A stretch of DNA of 63,650 nt, counting the filler, from Candidatus Woesearchaeota archaeon (GTDB lineage: Archaea > Nanobdellota > Nanobdellia > Woesearchaeales > B72-G16), in the NCBI GenBank assembly GCA_003650545.1. It is 3 parts of 3 records of this genome, joined end to end, with 100 filler letters (N's around TTAATTAATTAA, not from the genome) between each part and the next. Parts side by side here need not be neighbours in the genome. Positions count along the whole stretch, not along the records: positions 1 to 25,033 come from QMQO01000019.1; 2 more parts are not named here. One strand, 5' to 3'. A model generated the notes under the pieces. It was given only the letters and a program-made list of their open reading frames with translations. It was not told where the DNA came from and made no database searches. Shown piece by piece: positions 9,740 to 18,217 of this stretch. The position numbers were made by a program, and so were the translations under genes. Within the stretch, counting starts at the first letter, position 1, and each line of letters opens with the position of its first letter.

Positions 9740-10441
9740 TTAAATCTTCTTAGATTTGCCTGCTTGACTCTGGTTTAAACACCAGTTTTTTTGTTCTTTT
9801 TGAAGGTCTGTGCTCATGTGCATCCTGTTGTGTAAATAAACCTGACTGTAAAATGCACATATATCTAAGCAGGGGTCTGCTAAGCTACAATAGTTGTCTG
9901 GCTTAGTGTAAGAAGCAGGAAGAATAAATTTTGGTTGTTTTGCAAGGCGTACGGCTATAAAATAATCAGATCTACCTTCTAATTTGTTTGTTAGATCTTC
10001 TATTTTTTCAAAAAATGACGATGAAATTTTATTTTCTTTATCTTCTTTAACTTCTTTAATCCTATGATAACCTAGAAGATATGTCCATAATGCTTCATTA
10101 TTTAGGTGTTGTTTTTCTAAAAGAGTGCCCATGTGATATAATATATCATGGTTTGACAAATTTGGGTCGAATTTGTATAACCTATAATTGTAATCAGAAG
10201 CTAGCTTTAGGTAGAATAACGCATCAGAGTTTCTATTTTTGTACATTGCATTTTGCGCTTTATTAAACATATTGCACCTAGAATTTATCAAATCAAAATA
10301 TTCCTCTGAAATTAGGTTATTACTCGCTGTAAATGTTGTATTGTCATCTGAATATTCCGCTGAGATTAAATTATTACTCGCTACTGATAGTGTGATGACG
10401 CATGCTGCTAAAACATTAACTACCATTCTAAGAGTTTTCAA
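9740..10441 (-). CDS. Hypothetical secreted protein, helical/TPR-like, with internal 18-aa-period duplication
   Basis: Signal-like N-terminus; ASNNLISAEY / ASNNLISEEY; TPR-like ILYHMGTLLEKQHLNNEALWTY. Confidence 0.6.
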   Translation of the reverse strand: MKTLRMVVNVLAACVITLSVASNNLISAEYSDDNTTFTASNNLISEEYFDLINSRCNMFNKAQNAMYKNRNSDALFYLKLASDYNYRLYKFDPNLSNHDILYHMGTLLEKQHLNNEALWTYLLGYHRIKEVKEDKENKISSSFFEKIEDLTNKLEGRSDYFIAVRLAKQPKFILPASYTKPDNYCSLADPCLDICAFYSQVYLHNRMHMSTDLQKEQKNWCLNQSQAGKSKKI

Positions 10442-10585
10442 TGTTAAACCTCATTGGAGTTATTATGAAATCAATTATCTTATGAAACCAATTATATGAG
10501 ATCAAAACAAAGTCTATAAAAATTTTTTGTCTCTAGTCTTTCGTCTTAATATCATCTTGTCTTAATATCTTCTTATCGATCTAAA

Positions 10586-10644
10586 CAAAAGGTTTATATA
10601 TAAAAGATAATAATGGATAATAATTGATACTAATTTAGTATCAA
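10586..10644 (+). promoter_or_regulatory. Archaeal BRE/TATA promoter followed by a perfect 10-1-10 palindrome (putative operator)
   Basis: CAAAAGG-TTTATATA (TATA 10593-10600); TTGATACTAA-T-TTAGTATCAA at 10624-10644. Confidence 0.6.
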
Positions 10645-10724
10645 CTGATATATAAATTTAATAATAAAATAAAATAGTAAAAATATTTTAAAATTTTAGA
10701 ATAAAAATATATCAAAAATTAAAG

Positions 10725-11042
10725 ATGAAAAAAGAGAGAAAAAAGAGAAAAGAGAGAAAAGAAAAAAAAGAAAGAAGTGATAGAGGAAGTCGGTTGCCTA
10801 ATTTAGCAACTATATTGATGGTAGAAGATGTTCTAAAGAAATGCAAGTACAAATCTGTAAAAATGTCTGAATTGAAAAAGCTCCTTCCTAAACAGGTCAT
10901 GCACCCAACTCTGAAGATTGTGCTTGACTATCTTTGGGAAAGTGGCAAAATAGAATACACGCCAGATGGAATTAGATGGATCTTTATACACCCAGACCAG
11001 AGAAAAAAACTATTGTCGGGATTCATGGAGGTAATTAAATGA
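10725..11042 (+). CDS. Small winged-helix-like hypothetical protein
   Basis: SELKKLLPKQVMHPTLKIVLDYLWESGKIEY pattern; 3' end abuts the GT4 start. Confidence 0.6.
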   Translation: MKKERKKRKERKEKKERSDRGSRLPNLATILMVEDVLKKCKYKSVKMSELKKLLPKQVMHPTLKIVLDYLWESGKIEYTPDGIRWIFIHPDQRKKLLSGFMEVIK

Positions 11043-12322
11043 AAGTGTTGATGCTTGGCTGGGAATTCCCCCCATATAAAAGTGGTGGATTGGGGACTGC
11101 ATGCAAGGATCTGACTAAAGGGCTTTCTAATAATGGTGTAGACGTAACCTTTGTGATGCCACACCACTCTGGTGTAGATGATAGAGAATTTGTCAGAGTA
11201 ATTGGAACAAAAGGAATGAAAATTAAGATGGGTAAACAAGTTGGTATTAAAAAAGTTAATACAATTTTGACTCCATATATGACTAGCAAATCTTATAAAG
11301 ATTCACACAAAAAAATATATGAGATTGATAAAAAAGAAGTATCAGTTGAATTTGATAAAAATCCTAATTATGATTTTATATATGGTAAAGACCTATTTAG
11401 CGAAGTGCATAGATACACAAAGGCTGTTGAAGAACTGGTTAGATCTGAAGAATTTGACATAATACATGCGCATGACTGGATGACATATAAAGCAGGGCTT
11501 GTCATACGAAAAGTTAGTGGAAAACCTTTGGTTATACATATACATTCAACAGAGTACGATAGAACAGCTGATCATCCAAATCAGAGAATTGAGGAAATTG
11601 AAAGATCCGGCTTAGAAAATGCTGATCACATTATTGCGAATAGCAACTTTACTAAAAATAATGTATTAAGACATTATGGCATTTCTCCTGAAAAGATAAG
11701 TGTTGTCCATTGGGGTATTGAACCAGAGAAAAGTTATTGTGATGATGTTAAATTCAAATCGCCATTTGAAGAGAAGATTGTAATGTTCTTAGGCAGAATA
11801 ACCATACAGAAGGGTCCAGACTATTTTGTTGAGGCAGCAAACAAAGTGTTATTGTTTTATCCTAAAGTTAAATTTGTCGTGGTTGGAACTGGTGATATGA
11901 TGCAGAGAATGATTGATAGAGCTGATGAACTTGGCATCTTAGATAAGTTCGTGTTCACAGGTTTTTTGAAAGAGGAAGCAGTGAATAAAGCGTTCAAGAT
12001 GGCTGATATTTATGTGATGCCTTCTGTATCAGAACCATTCGGTCTTGTTGCGTTAGAAGCGCTAAAGAATAAAACTCCGATCATAATTTCGAAGCAAAGC
12101 GGTGTTTCTGAGGTTGTTAAGCATGCCCTGAAAGTTGATTTCTGGGATATAAATGAAATGACAAACAAAATAGTTAATTTGCTAGAACACAAAGAACTAT
12201 ACCAAGAGTTGCAGGAGAATAGTTATGAGGAGGTTAAGAAGTTTAACTTGGACGAGCCTGCAATGAAATGTAAGGATGTCTATGAAAAAATTTTGAAAAC
12301 TTATAAAGGTGATATTAAGTGA
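11039..12322 (+). CDS. Glycosyltransferase family 4 (glycogen synthase-like)
   Basis: MLGWEFPP..SGGLG, HAHDWMT, HSTEYDR, GRITIQKG, MPSVSEPFGLVALEA. Confidence 0.92.
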   Translation: MKVLMLGWEFPPYKSGGLGTACKDLTKGLSNNGVDVTFVMPHHSGVDDREFVRVIGTKGMKIKMGKQVGIKKVNTILTPYMTSKSYKDSHKKIYEIDKKEVSVEFDKNPNYDFIYGKDLFSEVHRYTKAVEELVRSEEFDIIHAHDWMTYKAGLVIRKVSGKPLVIHIHSTEYDRTADHPNQRIEEIERSGLENADHIIANSNFTKNNVLRHYGISPEKISVVHWGIEPEKSYCDDVKFKSPFEEKIVMFLGRITIQKGPDYFVEAANKVLLFYPKVKFVVVGTGDMMQRMIDRADELGILDKFVFTGFLKEEAVNKAFKMADIYVMPSVSEPFGLVALEALKNKTPIIISKQSGVSEVVKHALKVDFWDINEMTNKIVNLLEHKELYQELQENSYEEVKKFNLDEPAMKCKDVYEKILKTYKGDIK

Positions 12323-12514
12323 TATCTGTGTTGTCTTGCTTGTCTGCTTTGTTTGAATACTTCCGCTATTATAGAAGATTCGTTTATAAGAGTCATATAA
12401 TTTAAACTGAAGATAAAAAAATGAAAATAATGAAAAAGGAGCAGATTAAAGGAAAAGTTAGAGGTAATACAAGAAGTTATTAGTAAAAAAAGTTATTAGA
12501 AGAGGTGATACGAA

Positions 12515-13741
12515 ATGGTCAAGGTTTGTATGTATTTTCAGGTACACCAACCGTATAGAATGCGTAAATATAACATATTTGATGTTGGAAACAATCAGAA
12601 CTATTTTGATGAAAAGAAAAATGTTGAAATACTAAAGAAGATTTCAAAAAAATGTTATCTCCCAACAAATGCTCTTTTATTGAAACTATTGAATAAACAT
12701 GAAAAATTTAAGGTTGCATTTTCATTCTCAGGAGTCTTTCTTGAGCAACTAGAACAATATGAACCAAAGGTTCTAGAAAGCTTTATGAGTTTGGTAAATA
12801 CAGGAAAAGTTGAATTGCTATCAGAAACATACTACCATAGCCTGGCTTATTTATATTCGAAAAGAGAGTTTAAAGAGCAAGTAGATATGCATCGCAATAA
12901 AATTAGAGAATTATTTGGAGTTTCGCCAACTGTTTTTAGGAACACGGAGCTTATATATAATAATGACATGGCTAAGTATGTTGAAAATCTTGGATACAAA
13001 GCCATTCTTTCTGAAGGCGCAGACCATATTCTTGGTTGGAGGAGCCCTAACTTTGTGTATAGACCTATTGGCTGCAACAAGATAAAGGTTTTAATGAAAA
13101 ATTACAGACTTTCAGATGATATTGCTTTTAGATTTTCAGATAGAAAATGGAAAGGGTGGCCTCTTACAGCTGAGAAATTTGCAGGATGGATCAACAATAT
13201 AAACGGGAATGGTGAATGTGTTAATTTGTTTATGGATTATGAAACATTTGGTGAACATCAATGGAAAGATACCGGCATCTTTGAATTTCTTGGAAGATTA
13301 CCTGAAGAAATATTAAAACATCCTGATAATGAGTTTATGATGCCATTAGAGATTGCTAAGTTGAATGCCCGTGATATGATAGATGTACATGAAGTGTTAT
13401 CTTGGGCAGATATAGAGCGCGACTTATCCGCATGGATGGGTAATAGGATGCAACAATCTGCCTTGAAGAGGCTTTACGAACTTGAAAATGATGTTAAGGA
13501 GAGTGGTGACCTGCGTTTGATTGAAAATTGGAGAAGATTGCAAACTAGCGATCATTTTTATTATATGTGTACAAAATGGTTTGCTGATGGAGATGTCCAT
13601 AAATATTTTAATCCGTATGACTCTCCCTATGATTCATTTATCGCCTTTGTTAATATTATAAATGATCTAGTTTTAAGACTTAAGAAATTGAAAGAGAATA
13701 AATGGATAAAAGTCAAACAAAGGGGAGCTAAAGTAGCCTGA
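12515..13741 (+). CDS. Glycoside hydrolase family 57 (alpha-amylase type)
   Basis: FQVHQP, ETYYHSL, FRNTELIY, MDYETFGEH, LQTSDHFYYM; GAGGTGA SD. Confidence 0.93.
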   Translation: MVKVCMYFQVHQPYRMRKYNIFDVGNNQNYFDEKKNVEILKKISKKCYLPTNALLLKLLNKHEKFKVAFSFSGVFLEQLEQYEPKVLESFMSLVNTGKVELLSETYYHSLAYLYSKREFKEQVDMHRNKIRELFGVSPTVFRNTELIYNNDMAKYVENLGYKAILSEGADHILGWRSPNFVYRPIGCNKIKVLMKNYRLSDDIAFRFSDRKWKGWPLTAEKFAGWINNINGNGECVNLFMDYETFGEHQWKDTGIFEFLGRLPEEILKHPDNEFMMPLEIAKLNARDMIDVHEVLSWADIERDLSAWMGNRMQQSALKRLYELENDVKESGDLRLIENWRRLQTSDHFYYMCTKWFADGDVHKYFNPYDSPYDSFIAFVNIINDLVLRLKKLKENKWIKVKQRGAKVA

Positions 13742-13984
13742 ATAGCTAAATTAGTAGAAAAGTTAAAGTTAGTATGAAAAATTTGGTATGATAATCTAAT
13801 TGCTAAAAAAATAATAGCAAAAAAGTAATAACAAAAATATTTTGAAATATTTTGAAAATATAAGAGAAAATAGTGAAAGATGTTGAAAATAGCGGCTTAA
13901 AAAGCGAAAATAATAAAAACCAGAAAAACTAAATCTCGTAAAAAAGGCAGTATTATAGCTAGTATAATAGCTAGTATAGCTAGT

Positions 13985-14803
13985 TTGAAAAAGAGGCGAA
14001 TTAATGTGGAAAATGCTTTAAGGATTCTAGCAAGCACAGAAGGAGATAAAAGATTTTTTGTGAGTGACGGTCAAATAGTCAGCAATCTATACGAGCTTCC
14101 TATAGCTATTAGAAATATGAGTTTAGAAACGTTTTCATATCATGTTAATGCAAACAAGAATGATTTCAGCAACTGGATCAATGATGTGCTTGGAGATAGT
14201 AAACTTGCTTCTGACATAGCAGGGATTCTAGAAAGAGATAATATTATCTCTATATTAGAAGGTAGGCTGAATGAGCTTAATCATATAATCCTTGCAGAAA
14301 ATTTAGTCCAAAAGAATGAAAAACCTGAAGTTGAACCAATTGAACCGATTGTTAAAAAGATCGAGAAAAAAAAACTCACAGACGAATCTGCAATTGTAAA
14401 AGTTGAGAAAAAAATTGATAATAAGAATGTTAAAAAAACTATTAAAGTTACTGTTGCAAAAGCTGGCGATCTTAGAAAAACAAAAACCGGAATAAAGATT
14501 AAGAAAAGAAGTGCAGAGTGTAAAGCAAAGCCAAAGGCCAACAAACCGAAGGTTGGAAAAAAAGCTAAAAAAACTGGAGTTCCTGTTAAAGGAGAAGTGA
14601 AAGAAATAAAAAAGAAAAAAAAAGTAAATGAAGGTGTTGAGCAAGCAATTCAGATATATTCAATTGTTAGGAGACAAAGTATTATAGGCAGTTTGGCTGA
14701 GAATATGAAAAAAGATATGAAGAGTGTTTTTAATAAAGAAAATATTGGACAGTTCTGGAGCGATATTAAGTTTGTGTTTAGTTATTTTAAGTTGAGGCGT
14801 TAA
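13985..14803 (+). CDS. DUF5752-like domain protein with Lys-rich C-terminal region
   Basis: FFVSDG..NLYEL..M..ETFSYHVN..KNDFSNWINDVLGD..LA; start codon uncertain (TTG or a later GTG). Confidence 0.6.
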   Translation: MKKRRINVENALRILASTEGDKRFFVSDGQIVSNLYELPIAIRNMSLETFSYHVNANKNDFSNWINDVLGDSKLASDIAGILERDNIISILEGRLNELNHIILAENLVQKNEKPEVEPIEPIVKKIEKKKLTDESAIVKVEKKIDNKNVKKTIKVTVAKAGDLRKTKTGIKIKKRSAECKAKPKANKPKVGKKAKKTGVPVKGEVKEIKKKKKVNEGVEQAIQIYSIVRRQSIIGSLAENMKKDMKSVFNKENIGQFWSDIKFVFSYFKLRR

Positions 14804-14804
14804 A

Positions 14805-15164
14805 ATGGTTAATATAGTTGAGTTGGACGAGGAAAACTTTCGTGAAGAAGTAATAGGAGCAAAAAGGCCTGTTGTTGTTGATTGGTACGCAAATTGGTGT
14901 ATGCCTTGCATGCAGATAAAACCTATTTTTGAAGAGATTGCTTCTGAATTCCGCGGCAGAGTTAAGTTCTGCAAGATTAATGTTGAAGAGAATAAGAAAA
15001 TCGCAGGATATTACGATATTCGCGGTATTCCTTGCATAATAATTTTTAAAGATGGTAAGGAGATTGGCAGAATAATTGGTTTTGAAGGCAAAGAATTATT
15101 AAAACAGAAAATTGAGAGTCATCTAGGAGACATTGCTGGAGCTTACGAGCCTGAACATGATTGA
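14805..15164 (+). CDS. trxA: Thioredoxin
   Basis: VVDWYANWCMPC, IRGIPC, thioredoxin length. Confidence 0.92.
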   Translation: MVNIVELDEENFREEVIGAKRPVVVDWYANWCMPCMQIKPIFEEIASEFRGRVKFCKINVEENKKIAGYYDIRGIPCIIIFKDGKEIGRIIGFEGKELLKQKIESHLGDIAGAYEPEHD

Positions 15165-15331
15165 TTGTTTGATTAATTGTTAAGCAGCTCTTAAGCAGAT
15201 TACTTCTTTAGGACTTTTATTTAATTTCTTTATTATTCTTTCTTAGTTTTTCTAACAGATAATCTTAAAGTTTAAAGTTTAATGACAATTAAAAAATGAC
15301 TTAAGATTTTTAAAATTAAGGATTTTAAAAT

Positions 15332-15353
15332 TAGGGTCTATAGTTAGACCCTA
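15332..15353. repeat. Perfect 9-bp hairpin
   Basis: TAGGGTCTA-TAGT-TAGACCCTA. Confidence 0.7.
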
Positions 15354-15363
15354 TAGTCTTTAA

Positions 15364-15488
15364 ATATAACGCTAAAATTACAAAAGCTAGCCCAAGTTCG
15401 CTGGCTTAGCTTCGCACGCAGCAACCCTGCATCATTAATGTTTATTTCAACAGTTTGCATTGTTACGTAATTTTAGCTAAGGTTAACG
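15364..15488 (+). other. attC-like / long stem-loop element
   Basis: ATATAAC + GCTAAAATTAC (15371-15381) ... GTAATTTTAGC (15467-15477) + TAAG + GTTAACG; perfect 11-bp arms with internal hairpins. Confidence 0.35.
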
Positions 15489-15789
15489 TGGTTTTTTTGG
15501 GAATAGATTTGGAATTTAGCTATTTTGGTGGATGCCGATCATCCAAATCCTGTACCAACACAGGTTATTCGGCGGGCTTCACCTGTGTTTGTCCCTTACT
15601 GCTATTGGTGTTGTTAATGTTCTTGTTTTTGTAATATGAATGATTTATTAATAAGTATTGTATATAGAGTACGACAACTATGTACTATAATATATCTTCT
15701 GGCATGATAATTTCTAGCTTAAATTGTGAAAATTATAGATATGACTTAAATATGATATTACCTAAGTAAAATATTAAAACAATAAAAAA

Positions 15790-15804
15790 CAAAAGATTTA
15801 AAAA
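15790..15804 (+). promoter_or_regulatory. BRE/TATA promoter of the leader-cysK-cysS unit
   Basis: CAAAAGA-TTTAAAAA; TATA starts 30 nt before ATG 15827, matching the 30-32 nt spacing at valS, serS, relA, rps12 and trmB. Confidence 0.65.
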
Positions 15805-15826
15805 CTCTTAATAAACACTATATCTT

Positions 15827-15853
15827 ATGTTAAAGGCAGTTTGTTGTTGCTAG
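15827..15853 (+). CDS. Putative leaderless poly-Cys leader peptide MLKAVCCC
   Basis: ATG TTA AAG GCA GTT TGT TGT TGC TAG; at the predicted transcription start, ending 71 nt upstream of the cysteine synthase ATG. Confidence 0.6.
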   Translation: MLKAVCCC

Positions 15854-15924
15854 AGTTCTTTCATTTACCTATTTTAACCAATAAGCTTTTATTTTATACA
15901 TAAAATCTATATAGAGGTTACAAA

Positions 15925-16815
15925 ATGAACCAGAACATACTCAAACTCATTGGGAACACACCCCTTGTCAGAATAAATAGACTAAATCAAAACCTTAAAG
16001 TGGATGTTTATGCTAAACTTGAATATTTGAACCCTGGCGGAAGTGTGAAGGATAGAATTGCCCTTTCAATGATAGAAGCTGCAGAGCGTACAGGAAAGCT
16101 TAAGAAGAAGACAATACTAGAAGCCACAAGCGGGAATACTGGCATTGGCTTGGCAATGGTAGCAGCTGTAAAAGGCTATAAGGCTTTATTCACAATGTCC
16201 GAAGCTGTTAGCCAGGAACGTAGAGATGTTCTTAAAGCTTTTGGAGCAAATACTCTTCTAACACCTAAAGATAAAGGAACAGACGGTGCAATAGAGAAAG
16301 CTTATCAACTTGCTAGAGAAAAGCCAGATGAATATTACCTAGTGGATCAATATAATAACCCTTATAACTGGAAGGCTCACTACAGAACAACTGGCGAGGA
16401 AATCTGGAAACAAACTAATGGAAAAATTACTATGTTTGTTGCAGGTATAGGCACTACAGGAACATTAATAGGAACTGGCAAAAAACTTAAGGAATATAAT
16501 CCAGAAATCAAAGTCATAGGCGTTGAACCTTTTCTAGGCCACAACATTCAAGGACTGAAGAATCTAAAAGAAGCCTATAAACCCGGTATCTGGGACAAAA
16601 CCATTCCAGACGAAATAATCAACATAAGGGATGAAGATGCATATGAAATGGCAAGAAAACTAGCTAAAGAAGAAGGGCTACTAGTAGGAATAAGTTCTGG
16701 GGCTGCGATGCATATTGCTTTGCAAAAGGCTAAAGAGTTGAGAGAAGGCCTTATTGTTGTAATATTGCCTGACTCTGGAGAAAGATATTTAAGTACAGAA
16801 TTATTCAGAGCTTAA
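15925..16815 (+). CDS. cysK: Cysteine synthase (O-acetylserine sulfhydrylase, CysK/CysM family)
   Basis: IGNTPLV, NPGGSVKDR (PLP Lys), EATSGNTG, GIGTTGT, GISSGA, DSGERYLS; GAGG SD. Confidence 0.93.
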   Translation: MNQNILKLIGNTPLVRINRLNQNLKVDVYAKLEYLNPGGSVKDRIALSMIEAAERTGKLKKKTILEATSGNTGIGLAMVAAVKGYKALFTMSEAVSQERRDVLKAFGANTLLTPKDKGTDGAIEKAYQLAREKPDEYYLVDQYNNPYNWKAHYRTTGEEIWKQTNGKITMFVAGIGTTGTLIGTGKKLKEYNPEIKVIGVEPFLGHNIQGLKNLKEAYKPGIWDKTIPDEIINIRDEDAYEMARKLAKEEGLLVGISSGAAMHIALQKAKELREGLIVVILPDSGERYLSTELFRA

Positions 16816-16816
16816 G

Positions 16817-18217
16817 ATGACAATAAGATTTTTTAACACTCTATCAAGGAAAAAAGAAGAATTCAAGCCACTCAAAAATGGTAAGGTTGGCCTCTACACA
16901 TGTGGCCCAACTGTATATGGATTTGTCCATATTGGAAATCTAAGGACTTTTATGTTTGAAGATTTGCTTAGAAGATTTTTAGAATATAAAGGCTTTGAAG
17001 TAAAGCATGTGATGAATCTTACAGATATAGATGATAAAACAATACGCGATTCTGGAAAAGAGGGAATCAGCTTGAAGGATTTTACAGAACGCTACACTGC
17101 CGAATTCTATAAGGATATTGATACCTTAAAGATTGAAAGGGCAACTGTTTATCCTAAAGCAACAGAATATGTTGATGATATGATAGAGATGACTAGAACA
17201 TTAGTTAAAAAAGGTTTTGCTTATGTGAAATCTGGCTCTGTTTACTATGACATATCTAAGTTTAAAGGTTATGGTAAACTATCCCACATCAAGGTAGAAG
17301 AACTGAAAGCTGGTGCTCGCGTGGATGTAGATGAATATGATAAAGATAGCCCTCAAGATTTTGCATTGATGAAGAAGTCTACCCTAGACGAGTTGAAACG
17401 AGGAATATTTTATGAGACAGAGTGGGGAAATGTAAGACCTGGTTGGCATATCGAGTGTTCTGTGATGAGTATTAAAAATCTAGGAGAGACTTTTGATATT
17501 CACACAGGAGGTGTTGATAACATCTTTCCGCATCATGAAAACGAAATTGCTCAATCTGAAGCTGCAACTGGGAAGAAATTTGTTAACTACTGGCTTCACA
17601 GTGAGCATTTGATAGTTGATGGTAAGAAGATGAGCAAATCCCTTGGCAATTTTTATACCCTGCGTGATCTACTTGTTAAAGGGTTCAAACCTGATGCAAT
17701 AAGATTTGTTCTGCTGGCAACGCATTATAGACAGCAACTCAACTTTACTTTTGAGAAGGCAAAGGATGCTGAACGCATTATTCAACGCTTTCATGATTTT
17801 ATGATAAAACTGGAGGAAGCTGATGGAGAAGAAAATGCAAATGTACTAGCCATTATAGAGAAGCATAAGAATAAGTTCGACGAAAGCTTAGAAGATGACT
17901 TAAATATATCAGAAGCTTTAGCCGCTGTGTTTGAGTTGATGAATGAAATCAATAAGCTGATGGCAGTAAGAAAATTGAGTAAAAAGAATGCAGAAGATGT
18001 AAAAAAAACAATGCTTGAGTTTGATCGTATCTTAGATGTGATTAAACCAGAAAAAGAAAAAGTTCCTATAGAGGTGCAGGAGCTTGCTAGGTTGCGACAG
18101 AAAACTCGCGAGATGAAAAAATGGGATGAAGCTGACGACTTAAGACGGAAAATTTTAGAGCATGGTTGGCTTATAGAAGATAAATCCGATGGTAGTTTTA
18201 GGCTGAAGAAGGTTTAA
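16817..18217 (+). CDS. cysS: Cysteine--tRNA ligase
   Basis: YTCGPTVY, HIGN, RPGWHIEC, FPHHENE, KMSKS. Confidence 0.97.
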   Translation: MTIRFFNTLSRKKEEFKPLKNGKVGLYTCGPTVYGFVHIGNLRTFMFEDLLRRFLEYKGFEVKHVMNLTDIDDKTIRDSGKEGISLKDFTERYTAEFYKDIDTLKIERATVYPKATEYVDDMIEMTRTLVKKGFAYVKSGSVYYDISKFKGYGKLSHIKVEELKAGARVDVDEYDKDSPQDFALMKKSTLDELKRGIFYETEWGNVRPGWHIECSVMSIKNLGETFDIHTGGVDNIFPHHENEIAQSEAATGKKFVNYWLHSEHLIVDGKKMSKSLGNFYTLRDLLVKGFKPDAIRFVLLATHYRQQLNFTFEKAKDAERIIQRFHDFMIKLEEADGEENANVLAIIEKHKNKFDESLEDDLNISEALAAVFELMNEINKLMAVRKLSKKNAEDVKKTMLEFDRILDVIKPEKEKVPIEVQELARLRQKTREMKKWDEADDLRRKILEHGWLIEDKSDGSFRLKKV

